A stretch of DNA of 64,000 nucleotides from a virus. Lineage: Duplodnaviria; Caudoviricetes. Positions 1 through 10,190 of this stretch are shown here, in pieces. Below the pieces are notes generated by a model that did no database searches, had not been told where the DNA came from, and saw only the letters and a list, made by a program, of their open reading frames with translations. Position 1 is the first letter of the stretch. Every line of letters starts with the position of its first letter. A program made the translations under genes and the position numbers. Location: positions 13,013-77,012 of IMG/VR virus record IMGVR_UViG_3300032259_000002. The stretch is one strand, 5' to 3'.

Positions 1-1702
1 AATAATTTATATCAATAGCATCTTTACCTGCTATTGATAGGGTTCTAGAAGCAGAATCATTAACATGAGCTCCATCAAATCTGGATAATTTATGAAAAAC
101 AGATAAACCAGAGGCATCAGTAGCGGAATAGGCGTTCATTAGGGTTATCTCGGTATCACTCACTATATTGCTTATAACATAAGAAATTCCATCTATCTCA
201 ATAGACTCTCCCCTGGATAACTCAGTAAGGAAAGAAGTCCCTGACCCTGTTATTGTTTTACTATTCTGGATAACAGAAATAGTCCCAGTAAGTTTATTTG
301 TTCTCTTTAAAATAGTTACATCAGAAGAAGAGACCCTATCATAAACATCAACAAGAACCAAAGTGTCATTATCAGTTATAGATTGTATTTCGTAAGAAAT
401 ACCGTTTAAAATAATAGATTCCCCGGCTACAAGTTCAGTGAGAAAAGAGGTACCGATTCCTTCTATTGTGTTACTGCCTGTAGTAGCAGATACCGTTCCG
501 GACAAAGGTGGTACTGAAAAAACCGTTAATTTTGCTTCATAAGTTCCTCCATCGGAATAAACATGAGTAGGGTTTTCTTCGGTTGAAAAAGTACCATCAC
601 CAAAGTCCCAGAAGAAAGAATGGATCTCCTTTTTCTCTATTCTGATATTATCATCAGAAGTTCCAGCATAAACCTGGGTCAAAGTTAAATGGGTATCATC
701 CGTTATAGTATCTACTATGTATTCCACATCGGCTATTAAAAGAGTCTGGCCAATAACAAGTTCTGAAGTAAATAAAGTTCCTGTTCCGACTATGGAATTG
801 CTGCCGTTAACTACCTCAATAGTTCCATTAATAAATTGAAAATTTGGAGGGGTAGTATTAGTAAAAGAAATAGTTATAGGTTTCCAAGCAGTAATCCTAT
901 CAGCACTAGCATCGGCATAAACCGTGGTCAAAATAAGCTCAGTATCATTAGTAACAGATAATACCTCATACACCACATCATTAAGTACTATTTTATCCCC
1001 TGCTACTAAGTCTTCCGTAAATTTGGTACCAAAACCGCTAACAGCAGCACTTCCTTGAGTTATCGTTAAAAGCCCTTCTACTTTTTCAATAACTTCCCTA
1101 TCCTTATCAGTAGTAAAATTAGTATTAGGGGGACTAAAAGTAATGCAAGTAGCTTCCAAATTAGAAGGATCTGCTGGAACGGTTAAGGCTGTACCAGCGT
1201 TCCAGTTATCAACTAGGGCAGAGAATGCCAGAGGATTGCCTAAACCTACTTTATTTCCTGATATTAAATCAGTATCTACCACTGAAGTAAGAAAAATCTT
1301 ACTAGGCCCAGAATATAAACTTAAGGTAGAGCCAATTATCTCTAAGGTTGGTTGGGTCACCCCACCAAAAGCTTGGATAGTGGTATCTACCCCAGCAACT
1401 CTTTTTCTAATTCCAACAGCAGACTGAAAATAATAAAAGTTATTTATATCGATGTACCTAACGATAAGCATACCATTATCAAAAAAATTCGATATCTGAG
1501 CCCAGCTATCAGGAGTCCCCACATCAAGGGTGTAAACAGTTTCGGCATCAGAATGCCCTAAACTTCCCACCAATCGGCAGTTATTGGAGAGAATATTTGA
1601 CACACCTAATGACTTTGCCCAGGAAGGGCCTAAATCAGGGGTATGGTTTTCTAAAAGAACTCCATCAGTATCTGTAAAAGTATCTGTTGATGTTGTTGCC
1701 AT
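1..1702 (-). CDS. Putative tail fibre/tail-tip protein with a PKD domain and four ~65-aa GTxF repeats; runs off the window edge (not in the ORF track)
   Basis: Hand translation from ATG at 1702 (MATTSTDTFTD...) stays open to base 1. Contains WDFGDGTFSTEENPTHVY (PKD) and four repeats of type GTGTxFxxELxxGxxIxIxGxxYxIxxIxxDTxLxLxxxY. Confidence 0.8.
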   Translation of the reverse strand, partial: MATTSTDTFTDTDGVLLENHTPDLGPSWAKSLGVSNILSNNCRLVGSLGHSDAETVYTLDVGTPDSWAQISNFFDNGMLIVRYIDINNFYYFQSAVGIRKRVAGVDTTIQAFGGVTQPTLEIIGSTLSLYSGPSKIFLTSVVDTDLISGNKVGLGNPLAFSALVDNWNAGTALTVPADPSNLEATCITFSPPNTNFTTDKDREVIEKVEGLLTITQGSAAVSGFGTKFTEDLVAGDKIVLNDVVYEVLSVTNDTELILTTVYADASADRITAWKPITISFTNTTPPNFQFINGTIEVVNGSNSIVGTGTLFTSELVIGQTLLIADVEYIVDTITDDTHLTLTQVYAGTSDDNIRIEKKEIHSFFWDFGDGTFSTEENPTHVYSDGGTYEAKLTVFSVPPLSGTVSATTGSNTIEGIGTSFLTELVAGESIILNGISYEIQSITDNDTLVLVDVYDRVSSSDVTILKRTNKLTGTISVIQNSKTITGSGTSFLTELSRGESIEIDGISYVISNIVSDTEITLMNAYSATDASGLSVFHKLSRFDGAHVNDSASRTLSIAGKDAIDINY

Positions 1703-1705
1703 TTT

Positions 1706-2602
1706 TTATACTCCACAAGTAACATTAGCAATATTTGAATAGCCTGAATCACCAGCCCCATTATAGGCCTTTATTCTAAAGAAATTGACCACGGTACTGT
1801 CTACACCATCTTTTAATAAAGTTACCCCATAGCTTGTAATATTTGTACCTAAGTCAGCAATCTGAGTCCATCCATCTACCCCATTAAGGGAATGTTCGAT
1901 TTTGAAACCAGTTTCATTATCAGAATTATCAAGCCACTCTAATAAAATCTCCACATCTATTTCCACTACCTTTTGAATTTCAAGAGATCCGGATCTTAAA
2001 ATAACCGTGTAATTACCAGAAGCGGAATAAACATGAGTAGGGTTTTCTTCGGTTGAAAAAGTACCATCACCAAAGTCCCATTGCCAATTAGTGGTGTTTG
2101 ATAAATTATTAAAGTAAACAGTAAAACCACCAATAGCGAAATTAAAATTTACTTCTGGAGTAGGAGCTACGGTAGTAACATAGCTTACGAAAGTAGAAGA
2201 GCCTCCTGAGTTGATAACTTTTAAAATAACCACATAAGTGCCTTCCGCGCTATATTTATGCAAAGGATTTTTAGCAGTTGAAAAAGTACCATCACCAAAG
2301 TCCCAAACTATAACATCTATGCTTCCAATACTTTCATTAATAAATTGAACATTAAAACCCTCATAACTTACAAAATCAAAGCGGGCGGTTGGTGGTGCGA
2401 CTGATGCTATTATAGGATCAAAAGGAAAACTACCATTACCATCACCTTCTGGTAAAGGTATGCTCAAAGAAGATTTATCACTTGACCGACTAACTAAATC
2501 ATATCTAACAACACTTTTTATAATAGCCTTACCATCAGCATCAATAGCTATCGGAGTGTCATCCTCATTATATCCACCACCAAAAGTAATGTCACCTGCC
2601 AT
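1706..2602 (-). CDS. Tail-associated protein with two PKD domains and a C-terminal fibronectin-III-like domain
   Basis: Two WDFGDG...NPxHxY motifs; C-terminal LEWLDNSDNETGFKIE...YFRIKAYNGAGDSGYSN is FN3-like. Confidence 0.8.
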   Translation of the reverse strand: MAGDITFGGGYNEDDTPIAIDADGKAIIKSVVRYDLVSRSSDKSSLSIPLPEGDGNGSFPFDPIIASVAPPTARFDFVSYEGFNVQFINESIGSIDVIVWDFGDGTFSTAKNPLHKYSAEGTYVVILKVINSGGSSTFVSYVTTVAPTPEVNFNFAIGGFTVYFNNLSNTTNWQWDFGDGTFSTEENPTHVYSASGNYTVILRSGSLEIQKVVEIDVEILLEWLDNSDNETGFKIEHSLNGVDGWTQIADLGTNITSYGVTLLKDGVDSTVVNFFRIKAYNGAGDSGYSNIANVTCGV

Positions 2603-2605
2603 TTG

Positions 2606-5260
2606 CTAACCTCTCGGGTCTAACATACAGACCCCATTTATTCTGTTATCAGAAGGAGGAATTATATCCTCAACTATAGAACCACTACTATCAAAAACAA
2701 ACCATTTTCTTCCCTTAACTTCTTGGTATTCCAGATCTATAAAAGGTGGGAAATTCAAAGAAGTATCATCAAATTCCGGATGAAGGACATTGCTGGTAAC
2801 AAGAAGGTCATGCCTAAAATTTGATGGATATAAGTCAAAACCAACAAAGGCATTTCCTCCTGATTCTGATATAAATATTCTTGTTAACTGAGCATTGTCT
2901 TCACCAGTCGCATTTCCATTCTTATCAAAACCTATGTCTACCCAAGGACCCAAAGCATATAAATCTAAAGTAGGAATAGGCGTTCCTACATATTCCTCAG
3001 AAAGAACACTCAACCTATGTTCTCTGACGGTACTCTTATATGGTAGATCAGTTATTTTACCATTCACGCTTATTGCATATTGTATTTCCGAAGTTATTAT
3101 TGTTCTTCTTATCTGAGCATGAAAATAAGCAGCCCCAAGCACTCTTAGTATTTTATATGGAAGCAATTCCGTTTCATACTCTTTATAAATAATCCTTCTA
3201 AAAACTACAATATCGAATCTCCCATGATGGACCTGTAAAGGTCTATAATCAGTTTGCCTAATCATGATAGGCCCATTATGTTCTGCTGGAATAGCTCCAT
3301 CACCAAAAAGAAAAATCACATCTTGAAAGCCAGATTCCTCTACTAAAATATCAGCAACATAAAGACCTGCATTATGGATAGTGAACTCGGTATCCTTTTG
3401 CTTCCTGACGTAGGTTAATTTTCTATCTTCCGTTATACCATAAGGTAGTTTTATATCATTATTTATATATTGAAAACCAGTTACCGTAGTAAATCCGTTT
3501 CCATCAATTACTTTACCGTAAATGGTATTGGCATCTATCATGTAAACGGTATGTGTTGATTCGTCCCAAGATCTATAAAAAGTACCAGTATCTGATACAA
3601 AGCCGTAGCCTGCTTCATTGGCATCTCTAAAATTATATTTCTGCTCAGTTAAAGGTTCTGCCAATTGGGCAACTGTAGTGAAAGCCTCTGCTCTTATTAA
3701 AAACTCAATCCCCCTATAATCCGAAGTACCTCTAACTGCGCATACAATAGCAGATTCTTCCGGCTCTGAAGATGCCAAATCGATGTATTCTCGGGTAGAG
3801 TCAAATCTTTTAACATAACCCCTTCTAATTACTGGGAAAGCATCGCCAAAAGAACTCGTCCTCCATGTTTTTGCTAAAAGAATACCACTGACTGCTTCAA
3901 TCAATCTATTTAGAGTTAATATGCCAAAATCATTATAAGAATCCCCTTTTGTGGTATACCTACAAACTGAGGCCTTTGGTTTTATTTTAAAAGGAGTCCT
4001 GGTTAGGGAATCATCCAATCCTAAAAAATTATAAATAAATAAACCAATATCTACTTCAAAAGCTACAAATAATTCATCCTCTAAGGTCTGGTTAGTTAGA
4101 AATCTTACTACCGTACCATCTTGTTTTTTAGCATCAATTCCGGTATCTGTTTCAGGAACCCTCAAACCAGAACCTTCTAATGGTACTGTCCTATAAGAGT
4201 AATCATCTGGATCTTCATGTGTAATTCCTCCCCAGATAATACTATACTTCCCGTCATCAGTCAAATCCCAATTATCCAAAGAAGTTCTTTCTGATAACTG
4301 ACCCCTTCTTAATAAGAAATATTTTCTATTATAAGTTATAGTGTCGTCTCCAGAAAAAATAATAAATACTAAACCGCAAGGACGGGGATGGCTCTCAAAA
4401 CCAACCACTCTTTTTGGTTTAAATATACCCCTGGACTCATCCCCAGTAACTTCTTCCTCATGTTCCACTACCACCCTATCACCCAATTTAAAAGCTTCAC
4501 CATTGCATTCAAGATATTGAATTGGCAGGGAATAGGCCTTACTTTGTTGATTAACATCCAAATCCTGCTCAGTACTTATGGCCTCATCAAAACGCACATC
4601 ACAGATATTCGAATCATCATCTAAAAAACTAACTATAGTTCCTATTCTATATTTAGAAAACCATTTCTGATGTCCTGGCTTCATCATAGTATTATAAAGC
4701 CATCCATAAGGTGACATAGCATCCGGGGAAGTCATTATACCATCAGTTAAGCCTACATAGGCTGCTTCATTAGCATCAATCCCAGCCGGACGTATAATAA
4801 TGGCATGCTGTCTCTCATTCACCACTTCTACGGTACCCACTTCTCCCGAAAGACCTTCGTTAAAATCAGCACACCATGCCTCTATATTAATAGGATCTTT
4901 TCTATATTTTTCTAAAAAATCAACAGTCTTTACAAAGTTTAAACGCGTTAATTTTAATAAAGACAAATTACTGTTTTCTTTGTTAAAAAAAGAAAGAGCC
5001 TGATTATGAGCTTCGCCTTTTTCTCTGATCTCCTCTCTATCACCAGAAGCAATAGCAAAATTCAAAGCATCCACTGAATCTGAAACATTTTGAGCAGCAG
5101 CAGCTACAATAGCTTCCTGGGCGGGAATCTCTACCGTATCAAGATTATTAATAGATAATCCTAATTCTAGTATTCTTTGATTTACAAGATCCGTGTTGAA
5201 TATATATTGGATTTTGTAATTACCAGAACCTAGAGATTCTAATATCAATGCCTTGCCCAT
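2606..5260 (-). CDS. Large putative tail-tip/minor tail protein
   Basis: 884-aa ORF between the distal-tail position and the PKD proteins; no motif recognised, call is from synteny. Confidence 0.5.
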   Translation of the reverse strand: MGKALILESLGSGNYKIQYIFNTDLVNQRILELGLSINNLDTVEIPAQEAIVAAAAQNVSDSVDALNFAIASGDREEIREKGEAHNQALSFFNKENSNLSLLKLTRLNFVKTVDFLEKYRKDPINIEAWCADFNEGLSGEVGTVEVVNERQHAIIIRPAGIDANEAAYVGLTDGIMTSPDAMSPYGWLYNTMMKPGHQKWFSKYRIGTIVSFLDDDSNICDVRFDEAISTEQDLDVNQQSKAYSLPIQYLECNGEAFKLGDRVVVEHEEEVTGDESRGIFKPKRVVGFESHPRPCGLVFIIFSGDDTITYNRKYFLLRRGQLSERTSLDNWDLTDDGKYSIIWGGITHEDPDDYSYRTVPLEGSGLRVPETDTGIDAKKQDGTVVRFLTNQTLEDELFVAFEVDIGLFIYNFLGLDDSLTRTPFKIKPKASVCRYTTKGDSYNDFGILTLNRLIEAVSGILLAKTWRTSSFGDAFPVIRRGYVKRFDSTREYIDLASSEPEESAIVCAVRGTSDYRGIEFLIRAEAFTTVAQLAEPLTEQKYNFRDANEAGYGFVSDTGTFYRSWDESTHTVYMIDANTIYGKVIDGNGFTTVTGFQYINNDIKLPYGITEDRKLTYVRKQKDTEFTIHNAGLYVADILVEESGFQDVIFLFGDGAIPAEHNGPIMIRQTDYRPLQVHHGRFDIVVFRRIIYKEYETELLPYKILRVLGAAYFHAQIRRTIITSEIQYAISVNGKITDLPYKSTVREHRLSVLSEEYVGTPIPTLDLYALGPWVDIGFDKNGNATGEDNAQLTRIFISESGGNAFVGFDLYPSNFRHDLLVTSNVLHPEFDDTSLNFPPFIDLEYQEVKGRKWFVFDSSGSIVEDIIPPSDNRINGVCMLDPRG

Positions 5261-5610
5261 TAGATTACTTTCTCCTCAATAGATATAAGAAAAGAAGTGC
5301 GGTTAAAAGATTCGTTCAATGAAGTTAAAAATCCTTTGAAAACCCCTTCTCTGGTAGATATTATAAAAGAAGTGTGATTCTCCATTAAATACTTTATCTG
5401 GTCTATTAAAAGAATGTCCGGATTGTTGATTTGTATTTCAAACTCCCTATCACCATGACTCAAACCGGTATCATAGGTAGAAACACCTCCATCCAGTGTA
5501 GCAGTTTTTGTTGTTCTCCTTGACATGGTTCCCAGTTTTATCCTGGCATTCTTATTTCTTATGATGAATGAACCAGACAAATCAAAACTTGAAGTAGCTA
5601 TGGCAATCAT
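5260..5610 (-). CDS. Putative distal tail/minor tail protein
   Basis: 116 aa immediately after the tape measure; beta-rich; synteny. Confidence 0.45.
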   Translation of the reverse strand: MIAIATSSFDLSGSFIIRNKNARIKLGTMSRRTTKTATLDGGVSTYDTGLSHGDREFEIQINNPDILLIDQIKYLMENHTSFIISTREGVFKGFLTSLNESFNRTSFLISIEEKVI

Positions 5611-5618
5611 CTCGGCTC

Positions 5619-8300
5619 CTAAATATTTAATAAAAATTCTTGTGCCTGGGCAGTGGCTTCTACTTGAGCAGCTTCTATTATAGCCCTTAATATTTCTTGT
5701 AAATGAGGTTCCAATCCCTCTGCTGTTACGTTAATTATTGCCTCGCCTCGATCTAATGCTTCCCTTCTTGCGTCTAAAATGTCAATCTGAGCCCTGGTCA
5801 ATTCTTCCTGAAGTATTACCTGTCTTTCTCTTAAGTCAATCTCCCTATTAATCGCATTCCTTATGTCCAGAGATACTCCGGGAGCAGTACCTTCTGATAA
5901 AACTTTGAAAAGATTAACAATGCTATTACCAGTAGATTCAATCCCTATCTGTATAGTATCAGTCAATGCTTTGAATTTTTCAGTAGCTGCTTCTATCTGA
6001 GCAAGATCTACTTTTGTTTTCAATTCAAAAAGAGAAACCCTTTCCTTACTTTGAATTTCCTCAATACCTAACTTGAATTTAGTTAAGGCCTCTACTCTTT
6101 TGGTAAGAGCTTTTTCTGCTTCTTTATCTTTACTTATTCTTTTATCAGTCTCTTTATTAAGAGCAATAAATCCTTTAGCTGCTTCACCAGTAATTCTGGT
6201 TCCATCTTCTAAAGTAAGAAATAATTCTTTGGTAACTTCTCCAGCAGATCCAAGAGCTTCAGAATAATCACTACCTACTTTCACTACTTCGCCACCAACT
6301 ACCCTCCATTCTTCTCCAAGAGCTTCAGCTAATTTAGTATTTCTTTCTAAACTCTCTGCTACTGAATCAGCACTGGATTCTATCTCCTCCCCGGTATCAC
6401 TAAAAGTCTCACCAAGACCACCTATTGATTCTTCTATATTTTCATTAACCCCTAAAATAGCCCCTCCAGCTATTTCATATTTTCCGGCAACCTGATCAAA
6501 GAAAACATCCCCAGCCCTTAAAGATTCTTTAAAGCTTTCAATTGTTTCAAAACCTAATCTTTTAAAAGCAAAAGAGGCAGTTTCAATCTCTTTAGGTAAT
6601 TTACTTAATTTATTTTCAGCTGCTTCGGCTTCAGCTACAAAGGCCCCAAAAGCTAAAGCAGAAGTCCCCAGAGCAATTGCAATACCTACCGGGCCGGTCA
6701 ATGCCCCTAATAATAATTTTAAAGGCCCTCCTACGCCTGCTAAAGCACTTACTGCCGCACCAACTGAGGCTATTGCCGGCGCAAAGGTATTCAAAGCCAA
6801 AGCAGCCCCACCAACAGTACCTACTAATTGCTGAGTTCCATCATCCAAGTCACCATAAAACTGTATAACATCGATAATCACTCCACCAACGGTACCAAGA
6901 ACAGAGAAAATACCTTCAGTAGTCTGAATAAAACTAGCACCCACATCTATTAGGTTATTAATAGCAATTGCCAAATCCTCTGGCTTACTTAAATCCAAAC
7001 CATCGAATAAAGTAGAAGCCCCTTCGAATATTTCCTCAAGAGCTCTCACAATGGGAGAAAAGTCAACATCTTCCCAGGCTTCCGGAAGGGCCAAAGCTAT
7101 TCCCTTAAGAACTCCTTCCAGTTTTACTAACTGAGGAGTAATAGCCTCAATAAAAGGATCTAATCCACCACTCACTACTAACTCAGAAAAAGCTTGCTCA
7201 ATTTCTCTTATTCCTACAATGGCCCCGGCAAGTTCCGGTTTAAACCTATCTCCTATATTTCTCGTGAGTATATTAAATGCTTCCCCGGCTTTATCAATTT
7301 GCTTCTCTGTTGCTGCTATTCTGACATTAAATTCTTTTTGAGCTGAACCTGCTGCTGTTGTTTGATCAGAAAGTACTTTGTTTACCCCTGCTAAGTTACC
7401 CAAGGATTCCGAAAGCCTGGCGGCTTGTCTCTCTCCAGCAAGTATTGATAGGGTGGCTACTTGCTGAGTAGAATCTAATTTAGATAAAGCTTCAATGACT
7501 TCAAAAACAATGTCCCTACCTTTTCTTAATTGTCCCCCACTTGTTTCTACTGCTACTCCTAATCTTTTCAATTCATCTTTTGCCGGGCCAGTGGGAACTA
7601 TTAAACTAGTAAGGGCTATTTTAAGGGCATTTCCTGCTTCAGCTCCACTGCCAAAAGTTTCGATGATAGGAGTTAAAAGAGCATTCGTTTCTTCAAAACT
7701 GAGACCCAATTTACCAGCAATAGGTGATAGCTCAGAAAATCCAATGGCCAATTGCCTAACATTGGTAGCATTCTTATTTGAAACTTCATTAAATAGATCT
7801 AAAATTCTAGAGGCATCACTTGCTTCTGCTTTATACCCTTTTAAAGAGCGTATAAGAAGATCAGTAGCTTCAACCACTTCTAATTCACTGATAACTGAAG
7901 CAGTTAAAGCATCTTCTTGTAATTTAAAAGCATCAACTACTGAAAAGCCGGCCTGTTTAATATTTGATGCTCCATTTAATATCTCAGTAGCAGATTCACC
8001 AAATTTAAGAGAAAGCCTATCAACTTGTTCAGTAAAATCTGAAGCATTCCCCTCATTCTCTGCCAATACCTTTTGAAGATCTAAAAGAGCGGATTCGAAC
8101 TTTACAGATTCATTGAAAGCTTTTCCAGCAAAAGCTGCTCCAATAGCCAGAACAGCTCCTTCTAAAAGAAGAAACTTTTTAGTAACATCAGCTATAGGAG
8201 CAGATAAGTCTTCAAGGCCTTTTCCAAGACCTTCAATCGTATTTCCTGTTTTATCTGTTGCTAAGAAAAGTATTTCTACGGTCTCTTTTAAGTTCGGCAT
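5619..8300 (-). CDS. Tail tape measure protein (TP901-like core)
   Basis: 893 aa, Ala/Gly/Leu-rich helical; FESALLDLQKV, NATNVRQLAIG and GAEAGNALK resemble the TP901 tape measure core; follows the chaperone genes. Confidence 0.92.
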   Translation of the reverse strand: MPNLKETVEILFLATDKTGNTIEGLGKGLEDLSAPIADVTKKFLLLEGAVLAIGAAFAGKAFNESVKFESALLDLQKVLAENEGNASDFTEQVDRLSLKFGESATEILNGASNIKQAGFSVVDAFKLQEDALTASVISELEVVEATDLLIRSLKGYKAEASDASRILDLFNEVSNKNATNVRQLAIGFSELSPIAGKLGLSFEETNALLTPIIETFGSGAEAGNALKIALTSLIVPTGPAKDELKRLGVAVETSGGQLRKGRDIVFEVIEALSKLDSTQQVATLSILAGERQAARLSESLGNLAGVNKVLSDQTTAAGSAQKEFNVRIAATEKQIDKAGEAFNILTRNIGDRFKPELAGAIVGIREIEQAFSELVVSGGLDPFIEAITPQLVKLEGVLKGIALALPEAWEDVDFSPIVRALEEIFEGASTLFDGLDLSKPEDLAIAINNLIDVGASFIQTTEGIFSVLGTVGGVIIDVIQFYGDLDDGTQQLVGTVGGAALALNTFAPAIASVGAAVSALAGVGGPLKLLLGALTGPVGIAIALGTSALAFGAFVAEAEAAENKLSKLPKEIETASFAFKRLGFETIESFKESLRAGDVFFDQVAGKYEIAGGAILGVNENIEESIGGLGETFSDTGEEIESSADSVAESLERNTKLAEALGEEWRVVGGEVVKVGSDYSEALGSAGEVTKELFLTLEDGTRITGEAAKGFIALNKETDKRISKDKEAEKALTKRVEALTKFKLGIEEIQSKERVSLFELKTKVDLAQIEAATEKFKALTDTIQIGIESTGNSIVNLFKVLSEGTAPGVSLDIRNAINREIDLRERQVILQEELTRAQIDILDARREALDRGEAIINVTAEGLEPHLQEILRAIIEAAQVEATAQAQEFLLNI

Positions 8301-8907
8301 GCTTTTTCCCTTAATCTTTTTTGGTTATAATAAATTCCCCAAAGATCGATTTCAGTTACTGTTAAATAGCCCTCTGGAAATATATCTGGTCTTGTTTCAA
8401 AAAGATAGTTGCTCTTTAAATCGGCAAGAGTCATACTTGCTTGGATTCCTGGGTCTCTCCAGAGGGCTTCTGCTTTCCCATTACCTGACCTAATCCGGTA
8501 AGCTCTGTTATTTTATTAGAAAGCGAATAAAAGGCCGTGGGATAAACTTCCCCCATTTTAACTATAAGCTCCCTGGGAAGTTTGGGCTCTACCGATCCGT
8601 AAATAATAAGCTCAATCCTTCTCTGGATATCGGAATTAACTTCCTCCCCATATCCCAGTTGCTCCTTTAAAGCAGAAACTATATCCTGCTCATTCATAGT
8701 TGTTAAAGCAGTTAAAAGGCTTTCTGCTATTTTATTAGTCTTAGCGGCATCATTAGTTCTCGCCACTTCATCAGCAGTAAGTCCTCTAACTTTAAAAATA
8801 GGTTTCTCATCTTCAGGAAAAAAAGAAGAGAATTCCTTAATTTCAATTTTCTCTGTTCTTGGTTCAAATCCAGCCCTTGCAAATCCGTTCGAATCAAATC
8901 CCTTCAT
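8288..8907 (-). CDS. Tail assembly chaperone, long (GT-type) form via -1 frameshift
   Basis: In-frame ATG GGA AAG (G GGA AAG at 8473-8479); the -1 frame stays open 63 codons (GKAEALWRDPG...KACRT) to TAA at 8288-8290, overlapping the tape measure start. Confidence 0.8.
8431..8907 (-). CDS. Tail assembly chaperone (gpG-like, short form)
   Basis: 158 aa between tail tube and tape measure, with a slippery site near its 3' end. Confidence 0.8.
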   Translation of the reverse strand: MKGFDSNGFARAGFEPRTEKIEIKEFSSFFPEDEKPIFKVRGLTADEVARTNDAAKTNKIAESLLTALTTMNEQDIVSALKEQLGYGEEVNSDIQRRIELIIYGSVEPKLPRELIVKMGEVYPTAFYSLSNKITELTGLGQVMGKQKPSGETQESKQV

Positions 8908-8932
8908 TTCTCTCTCCCTTATTAGCCTATAG

Positions 8933-8966
8933 TAAGTAGGTAGGGGAAAATACCCCTACCTACTTA
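8933..8966 (-). terminator. 14-bp stem hairpin after the major tail gene (terminator or mRNA-stabilising stem)
   Basis: taagtaggtagggg-aaaata-cccctacctactta is a perfect inverted repeat; no strong U-tract on the minus strand. Confidence 0.55.
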
Positions 8967-8976
8967 AGTAAATCAA

Positions 8977-9969
8977 TTAAGAAGCATTACCTACTGATTC
9001 CTCGCTTGATGAAATAGTACAGGCCGACTGAATAGAGTCCCCAGCAGGGAAAGTTCTACCAAGACCCAGTTTTCCATTAGCAAGAATGTAGGGGGCTTTG
9101 TTCTTATCTGGCCAAAACTTGAACCAGATAGTCTCATCCGCTTCTTTTACAATAGTATCAGTGATACCATCTTTCAGAAAAGCAGTAAATCCACCAGCAC
9201 CGAGTGATTTAGAAACACTTCCTATGGTAGCCTGATAGACCTGAGTAGATCCTACCGAATGTGTGACCTCTGGTGGTACGAAATCACTGGCAAGAGGTAC
9301 ATCTACGAAGATTGGCTCAAAGCTCTTAACAAATACCTTTTTCGGAACTGCTCCTGTATGGATCAAAGGAAGGGCGCTGGAGAACTCAATATCCCCGGTA
9401 GAAATTTTCTCTTCCCAGACAGGAAAATCATATCTTTCTTGATGCTGATTAACTACTGCAAAGATCTCAGTGGCTAGAATAGGGGCAGCTACGTTGGAGG
9501 TGGTTCTTACCTGGGCAATCTCAACGGAATCTACGGGAATCAAAGGAGGCCCACCTGCTGCTCCTCTGGTCTCTGAAAAAGAAGTGCTGTCTGTTCCGGC
9601 AACTACCGCGATAGATCCACCGGCATTAACGGTAATAGAATTTATTATGTGAGTATCTGCTGCAACGGCTCTGGTTATTGCGGTGCCGGCTGCTGCTGAT
9701 ACTGCTGTTTTGACTCCAGCAAGATAGACAGATGCGGCGGCTACATCTACCTGGTCATTAGTGGCCCCTGCTTCCGGAGTAACAACTCCGCCGGTATCCA
9801 GTCCATTTGGTTTTACATCAGGAGTAAAACCTGCTTTCTGGCTAAATAAGGCCATTGTTCCTTCAAAAGTTATTTGATCACCACTGTCAGAGAATTCCTC
9901 CCAATCAAACAGGGTTTGACCGGCCTCATGTTGAAGCCTTGCATTTTCTGCTGTATTACTTTTTCCCAT
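8977..9969 (-). CDS. Major tail (tube) protein
   Basis: 330 aa, Ala/Gly/Thr/Val-rich, between the tail terminator and the chaperone. Confidence 0.7.
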   Translation of the reverse strand: MGKSNTAENARLQHEAGQTLFDWEEFSDSGDQITFEGTMALFSQKAGFTPDVKPNGLDTGGVVTPEAGATNDQVDVAAASVYLAGVKTAVSAAAGTAITRAVAADTHIINSITVNAGGSIAVVAGTDSTSFSETRGAAGGPPLIPVDSVEIAQVRTTSNVAAPILATEIFAVVNQHQERYDFPVWEEKISTGDIEFSSALPLIHTGAVPKKVFVKSFEPIFVDVPLASDFVPPEVTHSVGSTQVYQATIGSVSKSLGAGGFTAFLKDGITDTIVKEADETIWFKFWPDKNKAPYILANGKLGLGRTFPAGDSIQSACTISSSEESVGNAS

Positions 9970-10165
9970 CTGTCTTACCTCCTTTTCTTGTTCTTCTTTC
10001 TGATTTTATTTCTTCAACTTTAATGGCCAATCCTTCTTCCACCATTTTTTCTCCAAAAGAATCCGAAACTTTGTAAACTCTTCCAGCAGTGAATACCTCT
10101 ACTGACCCATCTGAGCTATTCTCTGCTTCCGTATCTCTATAAGTATTTTTAAAACTTATCTCCAT
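9956..10165 (-). CDS. Small hypothetical virion-module protein
   Basis: 69 aa with GGAGG RBS, overlapping the tail tube start. Confidence 0.55.
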   Translation of the reverse strand: MEISFKNTYRDTEAENSSDGSVEVFTAGRVYKVSDSFGEKMVEEGLAIKVEEIKSERRTRKGGKTDGKK

Positions 10166-10190
10166 AATTAAACCTCCTTTCTAGATTTAC

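Noticed and set aside
553-2080. Diversity-generating retroelement template/variable repeat pair
   Set aside because: The copies are identical with no adenine-specific mismatches, and no reverse transcriptase is in the window.
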